Shown here: in pieces, positions 16,901 through 26,975 of the stretch | Numbering within the stretch: position 1 is the first letter of the stretch | Layout: each line of letters begins with the position of its first letter | IMG/VR virus record: IMGVR_UViG_3300028887_000103 | Coordinates: 1-64,000 of that record | Reading direction: 5' to 3' (one strand) | Length of the DNA stretch: 64,000 bases | Source of the DNA: a virus | Taxonomy: Duplodnaviria > Caudoviricetes | Position numbers and translations under genes: made by a program | Notes under the pieces: generated by a model | The model's input: only the letters and a program-made list of their open reading frames with translations | The model's database searches: none | Told to the model about the DNA's origin: nothing

Positions 16901-19772
16901 TGCGCAAGGAATTGCCGGTTCTCTATTCAAGTCTGCTGACCTAGGGCTCGGATTAAGAGATGGGCTACTTGAAGTGGTTGACAAAATCCCTCGTGAAGAT
17001 ACTACCGTCAGTGGAAAGATATTAAATAAGATTCAAGGATGGTTGAGTCCAAAAGAATCATCGCAAGTAGCAAAAACAGCGAAACAAGTTACCAAGACAA
17101 GCAAACCAGTTCAACAGATTGCTGAAAGTTCTACACAAATCAGCCAGAGTGTTCAAACGACAGGCCAGAGTTTCTCCAAGGCTAATGGTTGGATGAGTTC
17201 AATTCAGCAAGGGGCAAAGACAATAATCTACATTGCAGGTGCTATTGCCGCTGTCGCTGGTGCTCTATGGCTTGCTTACAATGCTTTGAAAGATGTTGAC
17301 TTTGTAAAGTTCCAAGTCTGTCTAGTGGAGATGGTAGAGGCTGTCGTAGTATTCGGTGCATTGGCAAAACTTGCCGATATGCTTAAAGTCGGGCTTGCTG
17401 GAATCTTGGTAATTGCTGGGGTTGCGGCTGATGTTGCTCTTATAGGTTTGGCTTGTAGTTCGGCTTACAATGTGATGAAAGATATTGATTTTGTCAAATA
17501 TCAACTCGTGATTGTAGAAATGATTGAAGCGTTGACAGTCTTTGGTGGATTCAGTGCTTTGCTTGGTATATTCAGTCCGATTGTCGGTCCAGGGTTATTG
17601 ATGATTGCTGGGGTGGCTGGAGACGTTGCTCTAGTAGGAATGGCTTGCAGGTCTGCTTATGATAATATGAAGGATATTGACTTTGGAAAGTTCCAGCATA
17701 TTATTCTTGAGATGATTGAGGCTCTCGGTGCAATGGGTGGATTTAGTGCTATATTCGGGCTTTTTGCACCACTTGTTGGTTTGGGTTGGTTAAGTATTAC
17801 TGCTATCTGTGATGAACTATGTAAAGTTTCAGATGCTCTATACAAAGTCTATATGACAGTTCCTGATGACTTTGATGGAGTCAATGACAAAATTGACCTG
17901 ATTATGAAAGTTCTGAATAAGATTGCTGATACTGACCTCGGAACTTTGATTGGCACGATTGTAGCGAGCTGGGAAGTCGGACCGTTGACCAGAATCATAG
18001 ATATGTATGTCTATGTCGCAGAACAGTTGAATAAATTATCCCAGATTGAACTAAATGCAGACGCTATTGAGGGTAACTTGAATTATATTAAGACTACTCT
18101 GGATACTATCAAGGCAAAAACTGATGTGATTACTGGGTGGCTAGAGGCTTCTGCGTTAGATATGGAAGCATCCACAGTCGAAAATGCCGGTAGGATTGTG
18201 ATTGTCTATGGCAATATGGTAGATGCTTTGAACAAACTGGCTAACTTCAAACCAGATGAAACGGCCATTGCCAAGAGTCTTGTTTCAATGGTAGCCGTGA
18301 TTACTCTATTGCGCAATCAGTCTTACGGTGGACGTGGTCTATTCAATATCTTTAACGATATGGGCACTGTGGCTAATGATGTTGACAAAATTAAGAGTAT
18401 CGTCAACAACTACTTAGAAATGATACCGACCATTAAGTCGTTAGGTGATAACGAGAATAAGATTTCAGACGCGCTAGAAACCACAGTAATCGAGAATGTT
18501 GATAATATTAAAGATATCGTCCTTGCGATTGGCTCTGTGAATACGGGCGGTTGGATTGACCAGAAGGAAAGCGATGTGGGTAAAATCCAGAGCATCCTTA
18601 ACAAGTTTACTGAACTTGAACCTGTAATTTGGCAGATTGCTCAGTTTAACTTGAGTTATCTAGAAGGTGACAATAGTGCGAAAAGTAAGATTGAAAAAAT
18701 CCGAAATATCGTTCTGGAAATTGGCAAGGTTGACACTGGTGGTTGGATTGACCAAAAAGAAAGTGATATGGGTAAGATTCAAAGTATCTTGAATAAGTTT
18801 ACTGAAGTTGCCAAGACCACTCAACTACTAGGTAAATATCCCGTTGCTGATAACGCAACAACTTGGGTCCAAACAGTAAGAAACCTAGTCTGGGAAATTG
18901 GGCAGATTAACAATAGCCAATCGAGTAGTCTAGACAGCAAGATAGAAGTTATTGAAAAAAGCAAAACCATAGCACAGAAGTTAGGTGAGTTTGCTTCAGT
19001 TATTCAGAATCTTCAGAGTGTTGATAATGGAAGTGTCATCGAATCATTGACGAGTGCTTTGAATCAACTATTAAATGGAGTGTCCGATAGCCTCAGCAAT
19101 AGGACGAGTGACTTTGAAAATATCGGTGCTAAACTTGGTCAATCTCTTGCGTCTGGTGTTCAGAGTCAAGGCGATGCTATGACTAATGCAGGGAATGCTC
19201 TACAAAGTGCGTTCTGGTGGGCGATTAACAATAGAATGCAAGATGAATACTACCAAGGTAGGTCATTGGGCGAGAGGTTCCGTCAAGGCTTATATGATAT
19301 AGATTATGGCAATGCAGGGTGGTGGGCTGTTCAAGGCTTCATTAACGGTGCTTGGGGTAGAGCAGGAAGTGGCGATGGTGTCTATAATGCAGGTTGGTGG
19401 ATTGCTGATAGGTTCTTACAAGGTTTGAAAGATAGAGGTGGTCAGGGTTCGCCGTGGCAAACCACTATGGAATCTGGTGTCTTTGCGGTGGAAGGTTTGG
19501 TGGAAGGTTTGAAGGCCTCCGAAGGTGCTTTGGTGGACGAAGCAAACAGTCTAGCCGACCAAGTGATTGACGCTTTGACAATAGATGACCTTGCAATGTC
19601 TCCAACACTAAATGTAGGCACAAGTGGTGGTCTTGCTCCAAGTATGGATATCGAAGGTAGTTATGCTAGGACAAATGGCAATGTTATAATAAGACAAACT
19701 AATAATAATTACACCGAATACGATGTTGAGCAAGTTCAACGAGATTTGGCTTGGGAATTGAGTAAGGTATAA
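13992..19772 (+). CDS. Tape measure protein
   Basis: 1926 aa, helical Ala/Leu-rich; tape-measure domain (PFNRFEVTTATKSLIQFG..GRINTMDLLQL); FGIHSPSTVM motif. Confidence 0.95.
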   Translation: MAIDGGSVEIRFEGDVAPLRRSVEEAVESLESVSEAASDVDAQLSKSGFDGFGKKARQEFGEFADSAREAFADAYDAADDFSGQLKNIGTLLKNIGFGALTAGATAAAGSLVKMAKGAIADTSALENIQIQMIGLTHSVEAGNQAMAMAVKYFKNNPFNRFEVTTATKSLIQFGAELKEIPNLLDKLGKVSLSTGAKIDTLAYYYQRMISDGRINTMDLLQLNNQDVPIIGALADRLKTTSGQIRELASKGKISVEDFKAAFESLADSDAMERFNATLSRQIDRFKGRMSNMKAALAGYTTSMTGGLEIAENGLYRAATRFLKTFADIMDSETGQRIYSGFEKIGNALGKVIQQITDMMEPAMNAFSRMLDFLGDNSELLIPILGGLIVALGRLGSFLPGIGPVIDKVSRSFGGLGQSIKDLVSTHPLLSALVALLGVGFMEAIKNDEDFKNTISELVGALKDLISNLMEAVRGVLPVFVNMIKELASSGAIKTVLQVVASTLSMIAKAIASIPPEVLAGLMSFFLSLKLINASPIMFAVTAITLLIQYIKELGGISKIFENLPEKLNTIGHNIMTGLFNGIREGASKVINFVKQVASSILTTFKNMFGIHSPSTVMYDMGINMGLGLAEGITNSEDVVQVAMTNLAEDILKLSEKIIANKVDFGILDINAEYKEWRKVSKLFTEGSEQYNYAIGKMEEARKKANLKILELQQSYNNALDNTIDKIASMYGLFDEVNLGGSKNSNQILKNLDKQVAKMQEWAEAQKSIANLGLDDELVKELQAMGINATGELSAIAQMTSDELSTLNDMWLKKQSIANDEGVRQMTDLKEDTLEQINQLKNGVDGTTVDIEDVGGRLVENIAEGVYGAMPTLESALDQLGDYIEKAKRELAKSGGVGTDTTGGGVNTNGTDDLVSGIKEGITANLEKVKSMLPNIILGAIGAWGVVKFGPKVVKALFNKIGQGLLNGGLGAQGIAGSLFKSADLGLGLRDGLLEVVDKIPREDTTVSGKILNKIQGWLSPKESSQVAKTAKQVTKTSKPVQQIAESSTQISQSVQTTGQSFSKANGWMSSIQQGAKTIIYIAGAIAAVAGALWLAYNALKDVDFVKFQVCLVEMVEAVVVFGALAKLADMLKVGLAGILVIAGVAADVALIGLACSSAYNVMKDIDFVKYQLVIVEMIEALTVFGGFSALLGIFSPIVGPGLLMIAGVAGDVALVGMACRSAYDNMKDIDFGKFQHIILEMIEALGAMGGFSAIFGLFAPLVGLGWLSITAICDELCKVSDALYKVYMTVPDDFDGVNDKIDLIMKVLNKIADTDLGTLIGTIVASWEVGPLTRIIDMYVYVAEQLNKLSQIELNADAIEGNLNYIKTTLDTIKAKTDVITGWLEASALDMEASTVENAGRIVIVYGNMVDALNKLANFKPDETAIAKSLVSMVAVITLLRNQSYGGRGLFNIFNDMGTVANDVDKIKSIVNNYLEMIPTIKSLGDNENKISDALETTVIENVDNIKDIVLAIGSVNTGGWIDQKESDVGKIQSILNKFTELEPVIWQIAQFNLSYLEGDNSAKSKIEKIRNIVLEIGKVDTGGWIDQKESDMGKIQSILNKFTEVAKTTQLLGKYPVADNATTWVQTVRNLVWEIGQINNSQSSSLDSKIEVIEKSKTIAQKLGEFASVIQNLQSVDNGSVIESLTSALNQLLNGVSDSLSNRTSDFENIGAKLGQSLASGVQSQGDAMTNAGNALQSAFWWAINNRMQDEYYQGRSLGERFRQGLYDIDYGNAGWWAVQGFINGAWGRAGSGDGVYNAGWWIADRFLQGLKDRGGQGSPWQTTMESGVFAVEGLVEGLKASEGALVDEANSLADQVIDALTIDDLAMSPTLNVGTSGGLAPSMDIEGSYARTNGNVIIRQTNNNYTEYDVEQVQRDLAWELSKV

Positions 19773-19773
19773 T

Positions 19774-20565
19774 ATGCAGATAAAAATAGGAAGTATCTTA
19801 TATGTCGGAGGTGATTCACCGTTTCATTTAGCACCTCCTGTTCAAGGATTGGAAAGTCCTGCTATCAGAGTGGGAGACGGCTTGTATGCTGGGCGTGATG
19901 GAGGCTTTGTTTCAGGTCATTTTTACGGACACAGAACTATCGTGATAAATGGCTTCTATATTGGTGCTGATTGTGAAGAAGCGTCTGAATTGCGAGAAAC
20001 TCTATTCGGGCTTTTGAGGATTCGTTATCTCCACCCGACTATAATTACTACTGCGACACACAATTGGTATACTGAAGGGGTAGTGACAAACGTAAAATCA
20101 GACATTGAAAACGAAGTGTCTGGAAAATATCAGGTCACTTTGCTTTGTCCTGACCCGATATTCTATAAATTAAATGACGGTTCTACTGACCCTTCAACAA
20201 TAAGGACAAGTGCCTCAATGACAATAACTTCTGGGACAGGGACAATAACTATTGATAGCGCTAGTTCAGTGGACACTTACCCGATAATTACTTGGAATGG
20301 CACAATTACTGGATTTTCTGCAACTAACGAAACGACCGGGAAGACTTTTGCTCTTGACAATAGTTTACCGGGCGGAAATACAATAATTGATTTTGGAAAA
20401 AGAACTGTAATTGTAAATGATGTCTGCTATAACTCACATAGGCTTGCCACTTCAGAGTGGTGGACGCTTATTCCTGGAGAGAATGTAATTACTTTTGCGA
20501 ACACGAGTGGAAACAATAATTCTGGCGTAATAAGATGGGTTAAAGAAGCGAGGGCGGGCATCTAA
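19774..20565 (+). CDS. Distal tail protein (Dit)
   Basis: After TMP; YQVTLLCPDPIFY and WWTLIPGENVI motifs. Confidence 0.8.
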   Translation: MQIKIGSILYVGGDSPFHLAPPVQGLESPAIRVGDGLYAGRDGGFVSGHFYGHRTIVINGFYIGADCEEASELRETLFGLLRIRYLHPTIITTATHNWYTEGVVTNVKSDIENEVSGKYQVTLLCPDPIFYKLNDGSTDPSTIRTSASMTITSGTGTITIDSASSVDTYPIITWNGTITGFSATNETTGKTFALDNSLPGGNTIIDFGKRTVIVNDVCYNSHRLATSEWWTLIPGENVITFANTSGNNNSGVIRWVKEARAGI

Positions 20566-23500
20566 TGGCAGTTTTTACCGACCAAGACCAATTATTGATG
20601 TCCAGGAGTTTCACCTCCCCGTATGGCTATACTGTTACCACTAAAGTTTACGGTCGACGAACTGCCCTTGGGGAAGGCACTTGCACAATTCACTACCGAT
20701 ATGTAGTCCAAACATCGACAAATGTATCTGGGATGAGTTGGGGAAATAATGGTGGGGTCTATTGGCGAGATACTCAACACTCACAGGTGAATAAAGGCTC
20801 TTTTGCCCTTGCATCAACTACGAGCGAACAAGAATTATTTTCAGTTGATGTATATGTGAACGACCCCAATGGGGCTACTCTTAATGCCTATACTTTTACA
20901 GTGTATAACTGGATGGGCTTGAATGAGGGTAATTCAGCAATGTCTAATGACTCATCGGCATTTACCGCTCCTGCTGGAATCGATATGAGCAATGTGCGAA
21001 GGGGGATTGATTCGTTCACAGCGAATGTGAGTTTGACAGGTTGGGGTGGCGGTGGTTCGACTGACGAGAGAAAATACCGAGAACTACAATGCTGGACTCA
21101 AGGAATGACTGAGCCAAGAAGGTATCAAGTTCAATACGGTGGGAGTTTATCTGGTGATATTACCGTGAGTAATAGTTCTAGTGGTAGTTTGACAATTCGT
21201 CCGAATACAATGTATACGCTAGGTATTTATGCTGCTACTCGTAGTTCTGCTTGGAATGATGGTTGGGCAGGTACAGGCTCAAAAAATAAAGGTGTCTATA
21301 CTACCCTTCCGCCGAAATCCACTTTATCTTTGAATACGGCTGGTTCGAATAGTCTAATGATAAATTATTCTGCACCTGCCGATGGTGGCCAATACAGTAA
21401 AACTTTGGAATATAGTGTAGATGGTGGGACAACTTGGGTTACGGGTGCTACGATAAATTCTGGAAGTGCTACAACTGGGACTTTCACTATTTCTAATCTT
21501 GACCCGAATACGCAATATACAATTCAAAGCCGAGTGACCACTTCTGCTGGAACTACAACAAATGATAATCTTACGGCCAAAACAATTGGTCCAGCAACAC
21601 CAACTTTGACAGTAGCGAATAATGGTTCTAACTATAAAATCCAGACTGCTACTTACGGGACAACATCTTTTGGTGGTGGGACTAACGGAGTAGTATCTTT
21701 ATATGCTGGGACCAGTGCCAATCCGACCACGTTGGTAGATTCTAAAACTACTACTGGCACTTCAACTTTCAATAATACTAATCTGCAGGGAAATAAACTT
21801 TACTACTATCGTGCTAGAACTCAAGCTGATTTTGATGGGACTACGGTCTATTCAGACTATGTGTCTGCCAACCAAGCTACGAGACCTCCAGTCCCTTCTA
21901 TCACTTCAGCAACAACTTTGCAATATGAAACTGCTAGCACTGTAACGGCTAGAGTTCAAATCAGCGTTCCTGCCGATGGTGGTTATTCTGCCCAGAAAAA
22001 AATTCAATATAGATATTCAACTGACGGTGGTTCAACCTTTACTGCGTGGGTAGATGGACCAGTTATTTCTACAAGTTCTGCGACCACTACTTATGTAGAT
22101 TACACAGGGCTTCCAGTTAGCACGACTTTTAGATTTTCAATTCGTCAGGTAGCAATCACGGGAGGGTTGGCTTCTAATACAACGACAAAAAATTACACTT
22201 CTCCGGGACAACATCAACCACCTACGAATTTTGATTTTGAAATCTTTGATGCGAATACAAACGTAGTAAATTGGCTTTCGACATTCTCTGGATATACTAG
22301 CCCGATTTATGTTCAAGGGCAATCTATGGTTGGAATGAGAATCCCCGAAGCGACAAAAGGAACTTGTTCTGATGGTGCGACACTAACTAAATACACTGGG
22401 AAACTGGTGGTTGATAATTTTACTATTATCGACACTACTTTTAGTTATCCAGTCGTGATTTCGTTTGGGTTTAACAAACCGATAAATAGAACCACAGATT
22501 ATCCGTCCAATCTAATTACTATTCAGGGTTTTGCTTACGACTCGTTGGCTACTTATACGCAAGTGGATAAGAGTGCTTTATCATTGTCTTGGGAAAAGCC
22601 AACTGTGGCTGTGAGTGGGGAACGACTGCCGACAATAGGCACAGCAAGAATTGACTATTCTGGGACTTATGCTAGATTACAAGACGCTAGTCTAAACAGC
22701 GGAAATGACTTAAACAGCATTACGGTTCAATACAGAGTTCTAGATACTGAAGGTAATGTTCTTAAAACTTGGACTACGGTGAGTGCGCCGAGTAGTTCAA
22801 TAGATACAAACAAGCCATTCTTGAGGGATTATTCTGGAAGAATTACTGTGAGCGATATTCCTGCGAGCAGTGATTGTAAGGTGGAAGTGAAAATTACTGA
22901 CCACTTTACGAGTGTTACTGATTCATACATTTTAACCGTCTGGGACAATGCACAAATCAACGAGCCAGTCCACTGTGATATTGAATTATGGGATTGGAAA
23001 ACTAATACTTTCGTTGCCGACCTTTCTTACTTAGTCGTAGGTGAGTTAAACATTACTTGGCAACTAAATGACGTGGAAGAAGTCAGTTTTGATATGGACC
23101 TGATGGAGTTTGAAAAAAAATGTCAAGAGATGGGGTTGGATTCAGAAGACTTATTAAAACCTTATGCCCACGATATTCGGATTCGTAGAAATGGCGAATA
23201 TATCGTAGGGTGTCAACTTGTAGATGTTGATATTCAAATTTCTAACAATCCGCCTTCAAAGATTTCAGTTAAAGGCACTGGGTTCTTAAACTTATTGAAA
23301 GACCAGTATATTCTAAACGAGGCTTGGAGTGGATATACCTATGCTCAAATTGCTAGGAAACTGGTTCAGGCCGCTCAACTACCCGATTGTCTAGTGAAAA
23401 ACCCAACTGGGGATATCGATACTTCTTACTGGCTATCTGGTCACGGGACGATTGCTTACAGTAATAGTGCACATTCTGGCGACGGCTGTATCTCTTGCGG

Positions 23501-24959
23501 TAGGTCTGGCACGGGTTGGGTGTCTGGTGGGACACAGATGGATGTTGATACTGGTCAAACTATTAAGGTTGATATGTGGGTTAAGGGCCAGAGTGGTATT
23601 GATTGTTATGTGCGAGAAAGACGCTATGTTACCGAATATAGCGCTCAAGGAACAATTGCAAGCATCACTTTGGATGGGAGTTGGCAACACATTCAAGTAA
23701 ACAGTTATACTACTGCTTTTGAAAATAGCTATATTCTAGTTGAATGTAATAGGACTGATAGCACCAATTTATTGATTGACGATTGCTATGTTTATGCAGT
23801 AAATGATAATGCTACTCTTTGTAATATGAATATCCCTCTTGGGGTTGATACTGCTTCAGTAAATCAAGAGAGCAGTCGGCAGGTAAACTATGAACTTCAG
23901 AACGTTAAAGATGCACTAATCAACTTGACTAATATGGAAGATGACAATTTTGAGTTTGAGTTCGAGCCAGACAGAACCTTCAATGTATATGAGAGAAAAG
24001 GTGCAGACAAACTAGACTTAGAAGTAGAATACCCAGGAAATGTAGATTCAATGACAATCTCTAGGAGTGCGTCTAATGTGGCGAACAAGATTATTGCGCT
24101 AGGTTCGGGCATCGGTGACGAGCGTTTACAAACAGTCGTATATAATAACACCTCCAGAAGTAGTATCGGGACAAGGGAGAGCGTCACGACAGATAGTAAT
24201 ATCAGTCTAGAAGAAACGCTTAGAAGTAAAGCGATTGGTAATCTTTACGATAGAAAAGACCCGACTAACATTCCAAAGATTGTGATACGGGATGGTTCAA
24301 TCAACCCGTCGAATGTTGAAACCGGCGATGTAGTTCTAGTGGAAGTTCACGGGGAAAACTTTATCGAGTCCACAACTGGGGAATACAGAATAGTTAAAAT
24401 TGACTATTCGTTGAGTGAAAATGTTGTCGAGAAAATGACCTTAACAGTTGAACGTCCAATCCAGCGTCCTGAAAAGAAAATGATAAGATATATCCGAGAT
24501 AGTATCGCTGGCAATAGTGTAAATGGTTATAATCACTGGGTAGAAATCGAAGCATTGATGTTGGTAGGAAATGAATATGTAGATATTGCTCGTGGGAAGA
24601 CGGTGACAATCAGTTTTACTCCAGAGTCTCCTCATAATGACCCCCAGATTGTAGTAGACGGGAATACGACCACAGAACAAAATTATCTAGGGCAAGCTGA
24701 CAGTAATGTTACTGGTGCCGTAACCGTTGATTTAGGTTCAGAATATCCAGTCGATTATATTCAAGTTTGGCACTATTGGCAAGATGGTCGAAGTTATAAG
24801 GATAATACTTTGTCTGTCGGAACTGAACTAGTGGGTGGAACGACTGGCACGGGCGCATTGTCGGATGTTTTGTGGCAATATAGTGGCACGGCTTATGTAG
24901 AATCATCACAAGGAAAGAGGTCTAAGTGGTTGCAAGAACAAAATGTAGTGGAGGGTTAG
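20565..24959 (+). CDS. Large tail-tip protein: N-terminal FN3/Ig-like repeats, Tal/ReqiPepy6 gp37-like hub, carbohydrate-binding insert, C-terminal discoidin-like domain
   Basis: LDPNTQYTIQSR and LEYSVDGGTTW (FN3); NVANKIIALGSG (hub); VTVDLGSEYPVDYIQVWHY (F5/8-like). Confidence 0.75.
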   Translation: MAVFTDQDQLLMSRSFTSPYGYTVTTKVYGRRTALGEGTCTIHYRYVVQTSTNVSGMSWGNNGGVYWRDTQHSQVNKGSFALASTTSEQELFSVDVYVNDPNGATLNAYTFTVYNWMGLNEGNSAMSNDSSAFTAPAGIDMSNVRRGIDSFTANVSLTGWGGGGSTDERKYRELQCWTQGMTEPRRYQVQYGGSLSGDITVSNSSSGSLTIRPNTMYTLGIYAATRSSAWNDGWAGTGSKNKGVYTTLPPKSTLSLNTAGSNSLMINYSAPADGGQYSKTLEYSVDGGTTWVTGATINSGSATTGTFTISNLDPNTQYTIQSRVTTSAGTTTNDNLTAKTIGPATPTLTVANNGSNYKIQTATYGTTSFGGGTNGVVSLYAGTSANPTTLVDSKTTTGTSTFNNTNLQGNKLYYYRARTQADFDGTTVYSDYVSANQATRPPVPSITSATTLQYETASTVTARVQISVPADGGYSAQKKIQYRYSTDGGSTFTAWVDGPVISTSSATTTYVDYTGLPVSTTFRFSIRQVAITGGLASNTTTKNYTSPGQHQPPTNFDFEIFDANTNVVNWLSTFSGYTSPIYVQGQSMVGMRIPEATKGTCSDGATLTKYTGKLVVDNFTIIDTTFSYPVVISFGFNKPINRTTDYPSNLITIQGFAYDSLATYTQVDKSALSLSWEKPTVAVSGERLPTIGTARIDYSGTYARLQDASLNSGNDLNSITVQYRVLDTEGNVLKTWTTVSAPSSSIDTNKPFLRDYSGRITVSDIPASSDCKVEVKITDHFTSVTDSYILTVWDNAQINEPVHCDIELWDWKTNTFVADLSYLVVGELNITWQLNDVEEVSFDMDLMEFEKKCQEMGLDSEDLLKPYAHDIRIRRNGEYIVGCQLVDVDIQISNNPPSKISVKGTGFLNLLKDQYILNEAWSGYTYAQIARKLVQAAQLPDCLVKNPTGDIDTSYWLSGHGTIAYSNSAHSGDGCISCGRSGTGWVSGGTQMDVDTGQTIKVDMWVKGQSGIDCYVRERRYVTEYSAQGTIASITLDGSWQHIQVNSYTTAFENSYILVECNRTDSTNLLIDDCYVYAVNDNATLCNMNIPLGVDTASVNQESSRQVNYELQNVKDALINLTNMEDDNFEFEFEPDRTFNVYERKGADKLDLEVEYPGNVDSMTISRSASNVANKIIALGSGIGDERLQTVVYNNTSRSSIGTRESVTTDSNISLEETLRSKAIGNLYDRKDPTNIPKIVIRDGSINPSNVETGDVVLVEVHGENFIESTTGEYRIVKIDYSLSENVVEKMTLTVERPIQRPEKKMIRYIRDSIAGNSVNGYNHWVEIEALMLVGNEYVDIARGKTVTISFTPESPHNDPQIVVDGNTTTEQNYLGQADSNVTGAVTVDLGSEYPVDYIQVWHYWQDGRSYKDNTLSVGTELVGGTTGTGALSDVLWQYSGTAYVESSQGKRSKWLQEQNVVEG

Positions 24960-25466
24960 ATGGGTCAGGTTCAGAGTTATAATGAGACACACCTAGCAAA
25001 TAAAGTGGCTAGCATAGAGCAAGATGTGATTCAGTTGAAAGCCCGTCAGATTTACGGGATGAATGATGTCCAAGTTTTTACTTCTAACGAGTTAAAAGAA
25101 GGGAGTCACACCTTTATCGAGCAATCTTATGACCATCAATATAGTTGGACTGGCTCAGCCACAGATATTCTAAAAGTCAGATTCGTGGGCAATAAACCTG
25201 CTAAAACTGTAGTCGGGATTTTAAGGTATGCGTTTGAAATTATTTCTCAAGGGGAATTCTATTACGTCCCATTCCTGAAAGCGTATAGGGGTTCTAACCC
25301 AAATGTTTTGGAGTGGCTAGTCTGTGCTTATGGCGGAAACGATGCTCTTGGGAGTAGGTATACGACCTTCAATCTAAAATTGACGGCATTGACAAATGAA
25401 GTAGGTGTGCTATCTATCGTGGATAGTTATGATATTGGCACATACTACGGATGGGTGTTAGGGTAA
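24960..25466 (+). CDS. Tail-tip accessory protein, paralogue 1
   Basis: N-terminal KVASIEQDVIQLKARQ coiled coil shared with the next two ORFs. Confidence 0.6.
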   Translation: MGQVQSYNETHLANKVASIEQDVIQLKARQIYGMNDVQVFTSNELKEGSHTFIEQSYDHQYSWTGSATDILKVRFVGNKPAKTVVGILRYAFEIISQGEFYYVPFLKAYRGSNPNVLEWLVCAYGGNDALGSRYTTFNLKLTALTNEVGVLSIVDSYDIGTYYGWVLG

Positions 25467-25467
25467 A

Positions 25468-25869
25468 ATGGACATTGAAAAGAAGATAGCTGAGTTACAG
25501 GAAGAGGTCAGAAGGTTCAAGACCTCACAGGCTATTGGGCAGTCTAACTCCACAAACTATAAAATAGTGTCTGGAGCAAAAATGACAATCGCTACTAACC
25601 AGTATAAGTATGGCGATGCCACAATCACTTTCACTTCAAGTGGTAGGGCTTTCCCACACTTTTGCTATACTGTAGATAGTTACACTGTTTCGGATGGAGG
25701 CACGGCTACCATTACGCCTTACTACTTACCTCAATACACTTGGAGTGAGCAGGCTGATTTGTATAAAGATTCGATGCTAATTCAGGTTAGAACATCAAGT
25801 GCCAGCCAAACAGTGACAATCTACTTTACAATCTATTCGGATACACCGGGAACTTATGTAGTGAGTTAG
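25468..25869 (+). CDS. Tail-tip accessory protein, paralogue 2
   Basis: KIAELQEEVRRFKTSQ. Confidence 0.6.
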   Translation: MDIEKKIAELQEEVRRFKTSQAIGQSNSTNYKIVSGAKMTIATNQYKYGDATITFTSSGRAFPHFCYTVDSYTVSDGGTATITPYYLPQYTWSEQADLYKDSMLIQVRTSSASQTVTIYFTIYSDTPGTYVVS

Positions 25870-25871
25870 AT

Positions 25872-26267
25872 ATGGATGAAAATATAGTTAACAGAGTCGT
25901 AAAACTTCAAGAAGATGTCATTAAAATAAAACAAATCCAGCGTTCTCAAAATGACAGTTTCAAATTCTATGCGTATCAGACGGATAACTTATGGAATGTC
26001 TTGCCTCATACTGCACTGGGGACGACGGTCAATTTAGAGTTTAGGCCAGTTATGAAACAGAAGGATAAAGTGGTGTGTCGATTTTACGCAGAGGATGGGA
26101 GTGCCGTTCAATACTTTCCAGAAATAGATATAGACCCAACTAACCATCTGAAAGCGACCTATCTTTTCTTTGGTTATGACCCACCGACATCACCGCCGTC
26201 GTTTGAACAGTTCTGTTATCTTGGGTGCTATACAAATTGTGAGGGTGAACTAATCTGGAGTTTATGA
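25872..26267 (+). CDS. Tail-tip accessory protein, paralogue 3
   Basis: RVVKLQEDVIKIKQIQ. Confidence 0.6.
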   Translation: MDENIVNRVVKLQEDVIKIKQIQRSQNDSFKFYAYQTDNLWNVLPHTALGTTVNLEFRPVMKQKDKVVCRFYAEDGSAVQYFPEIDIDPTNHLKATYLFFGYDPPTSPPSFEQFCYLGCYTNCEGELIWSL

Positions 26268-26728
26268 TGAGTAGTAGAGGTTATCTAGTAGATTTGATAG
26301 AAAGTATCGGGGAGAAGATTTGTCTGTCATCCCATATAGAAGAAAAGTTACGGGCTAGTGATAATGACGATGAAAAAGCCCAACTAGAACAGATGTTGGA
26401 TGCAGTTTTGAAACAGAGGCGAGAGCAGATGAGTCTTCTGCTTGAAAATGCTGAATGTCCAGACCCAACATATCACTGTATCGTGAAACACGCTATCGGA
26501 AGTTGGTGGCGAGATATAGAGGTTTGGGAAGCATCTAATGACAATCGTGATTTAGAAAAGACTATCCAGTCAGCAGATTTGCTGGCTATGTGTTTGAGTA
26601 AATATCTAGGAATGGAGTTTGAAGTCTGTTCTAGATGCTTATGGGATAGGATGCTCGTTAAACAGGTCGAAAACGAGCGTTCTGATATACTTAAAACAAA
26701 TGAAAAAGGAGACGAAGATGGCAACTAA
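26264..26728 (+). CDS. Hypothetical protein
   Basis: Overlapping start/stop with both neighbours. Confidence 0.65.
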   Translation: MMSSRGYLVDLIESIGEKICLSSHIEEKLRASDNDDEKAQLEQMLDAVLKQRREQMSLLLENAECPDPTYHCIVKHAIGSWWRDIEVWEASNDNRDLEKTIQSADLLAMCLSKYLGMEFEVCSRCLWDRMLVKQVENERSDILKTNEKGDEDGN

Positions 26729-26975
26729 AAAAGCAATGGCTACACAACCAATTGAAACGAGTATTTCTACTCAGAGAAAATTGTCGATTGCAGTGGGCCT
26801 TCTGTCGTTTGGTGCTTTCGTGATTCAAGCCCTAGGGCAAACTTGGGGGTTCTCAGAAGTAGCAACACAGATTGTTCAGACTTGCTTGGCAATTTCAGGT
26901 GGCATAAGTATTTACTTCTTAGGTTCAACAACTCAGAAGATTACCGAGGAGAAGAAGCAAAATGGAGAAAGTTAA
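26718..26975 (+). CDS. Holin-like membrane protein
   Basis: Two hydrophobic segments, charged C-terminus, immediately before endolysin; SD AAAGGAG before ATG 26718. Confidence 0.6.
   Translation: MATKKAMATQPIETSISTQRKLSIAVGLLSFGAFVIQALGQTWGFSEVATQIVQTCLAISGGISIYFLGSTTQKITEEKKQNGES

Noticed and set aside
9073-19000. Many antisense ORFs within the capsid and tape measure genes
   Set aside because: Shadow frames of long coding genes; low-complexity translations and no ribosome-binding sites
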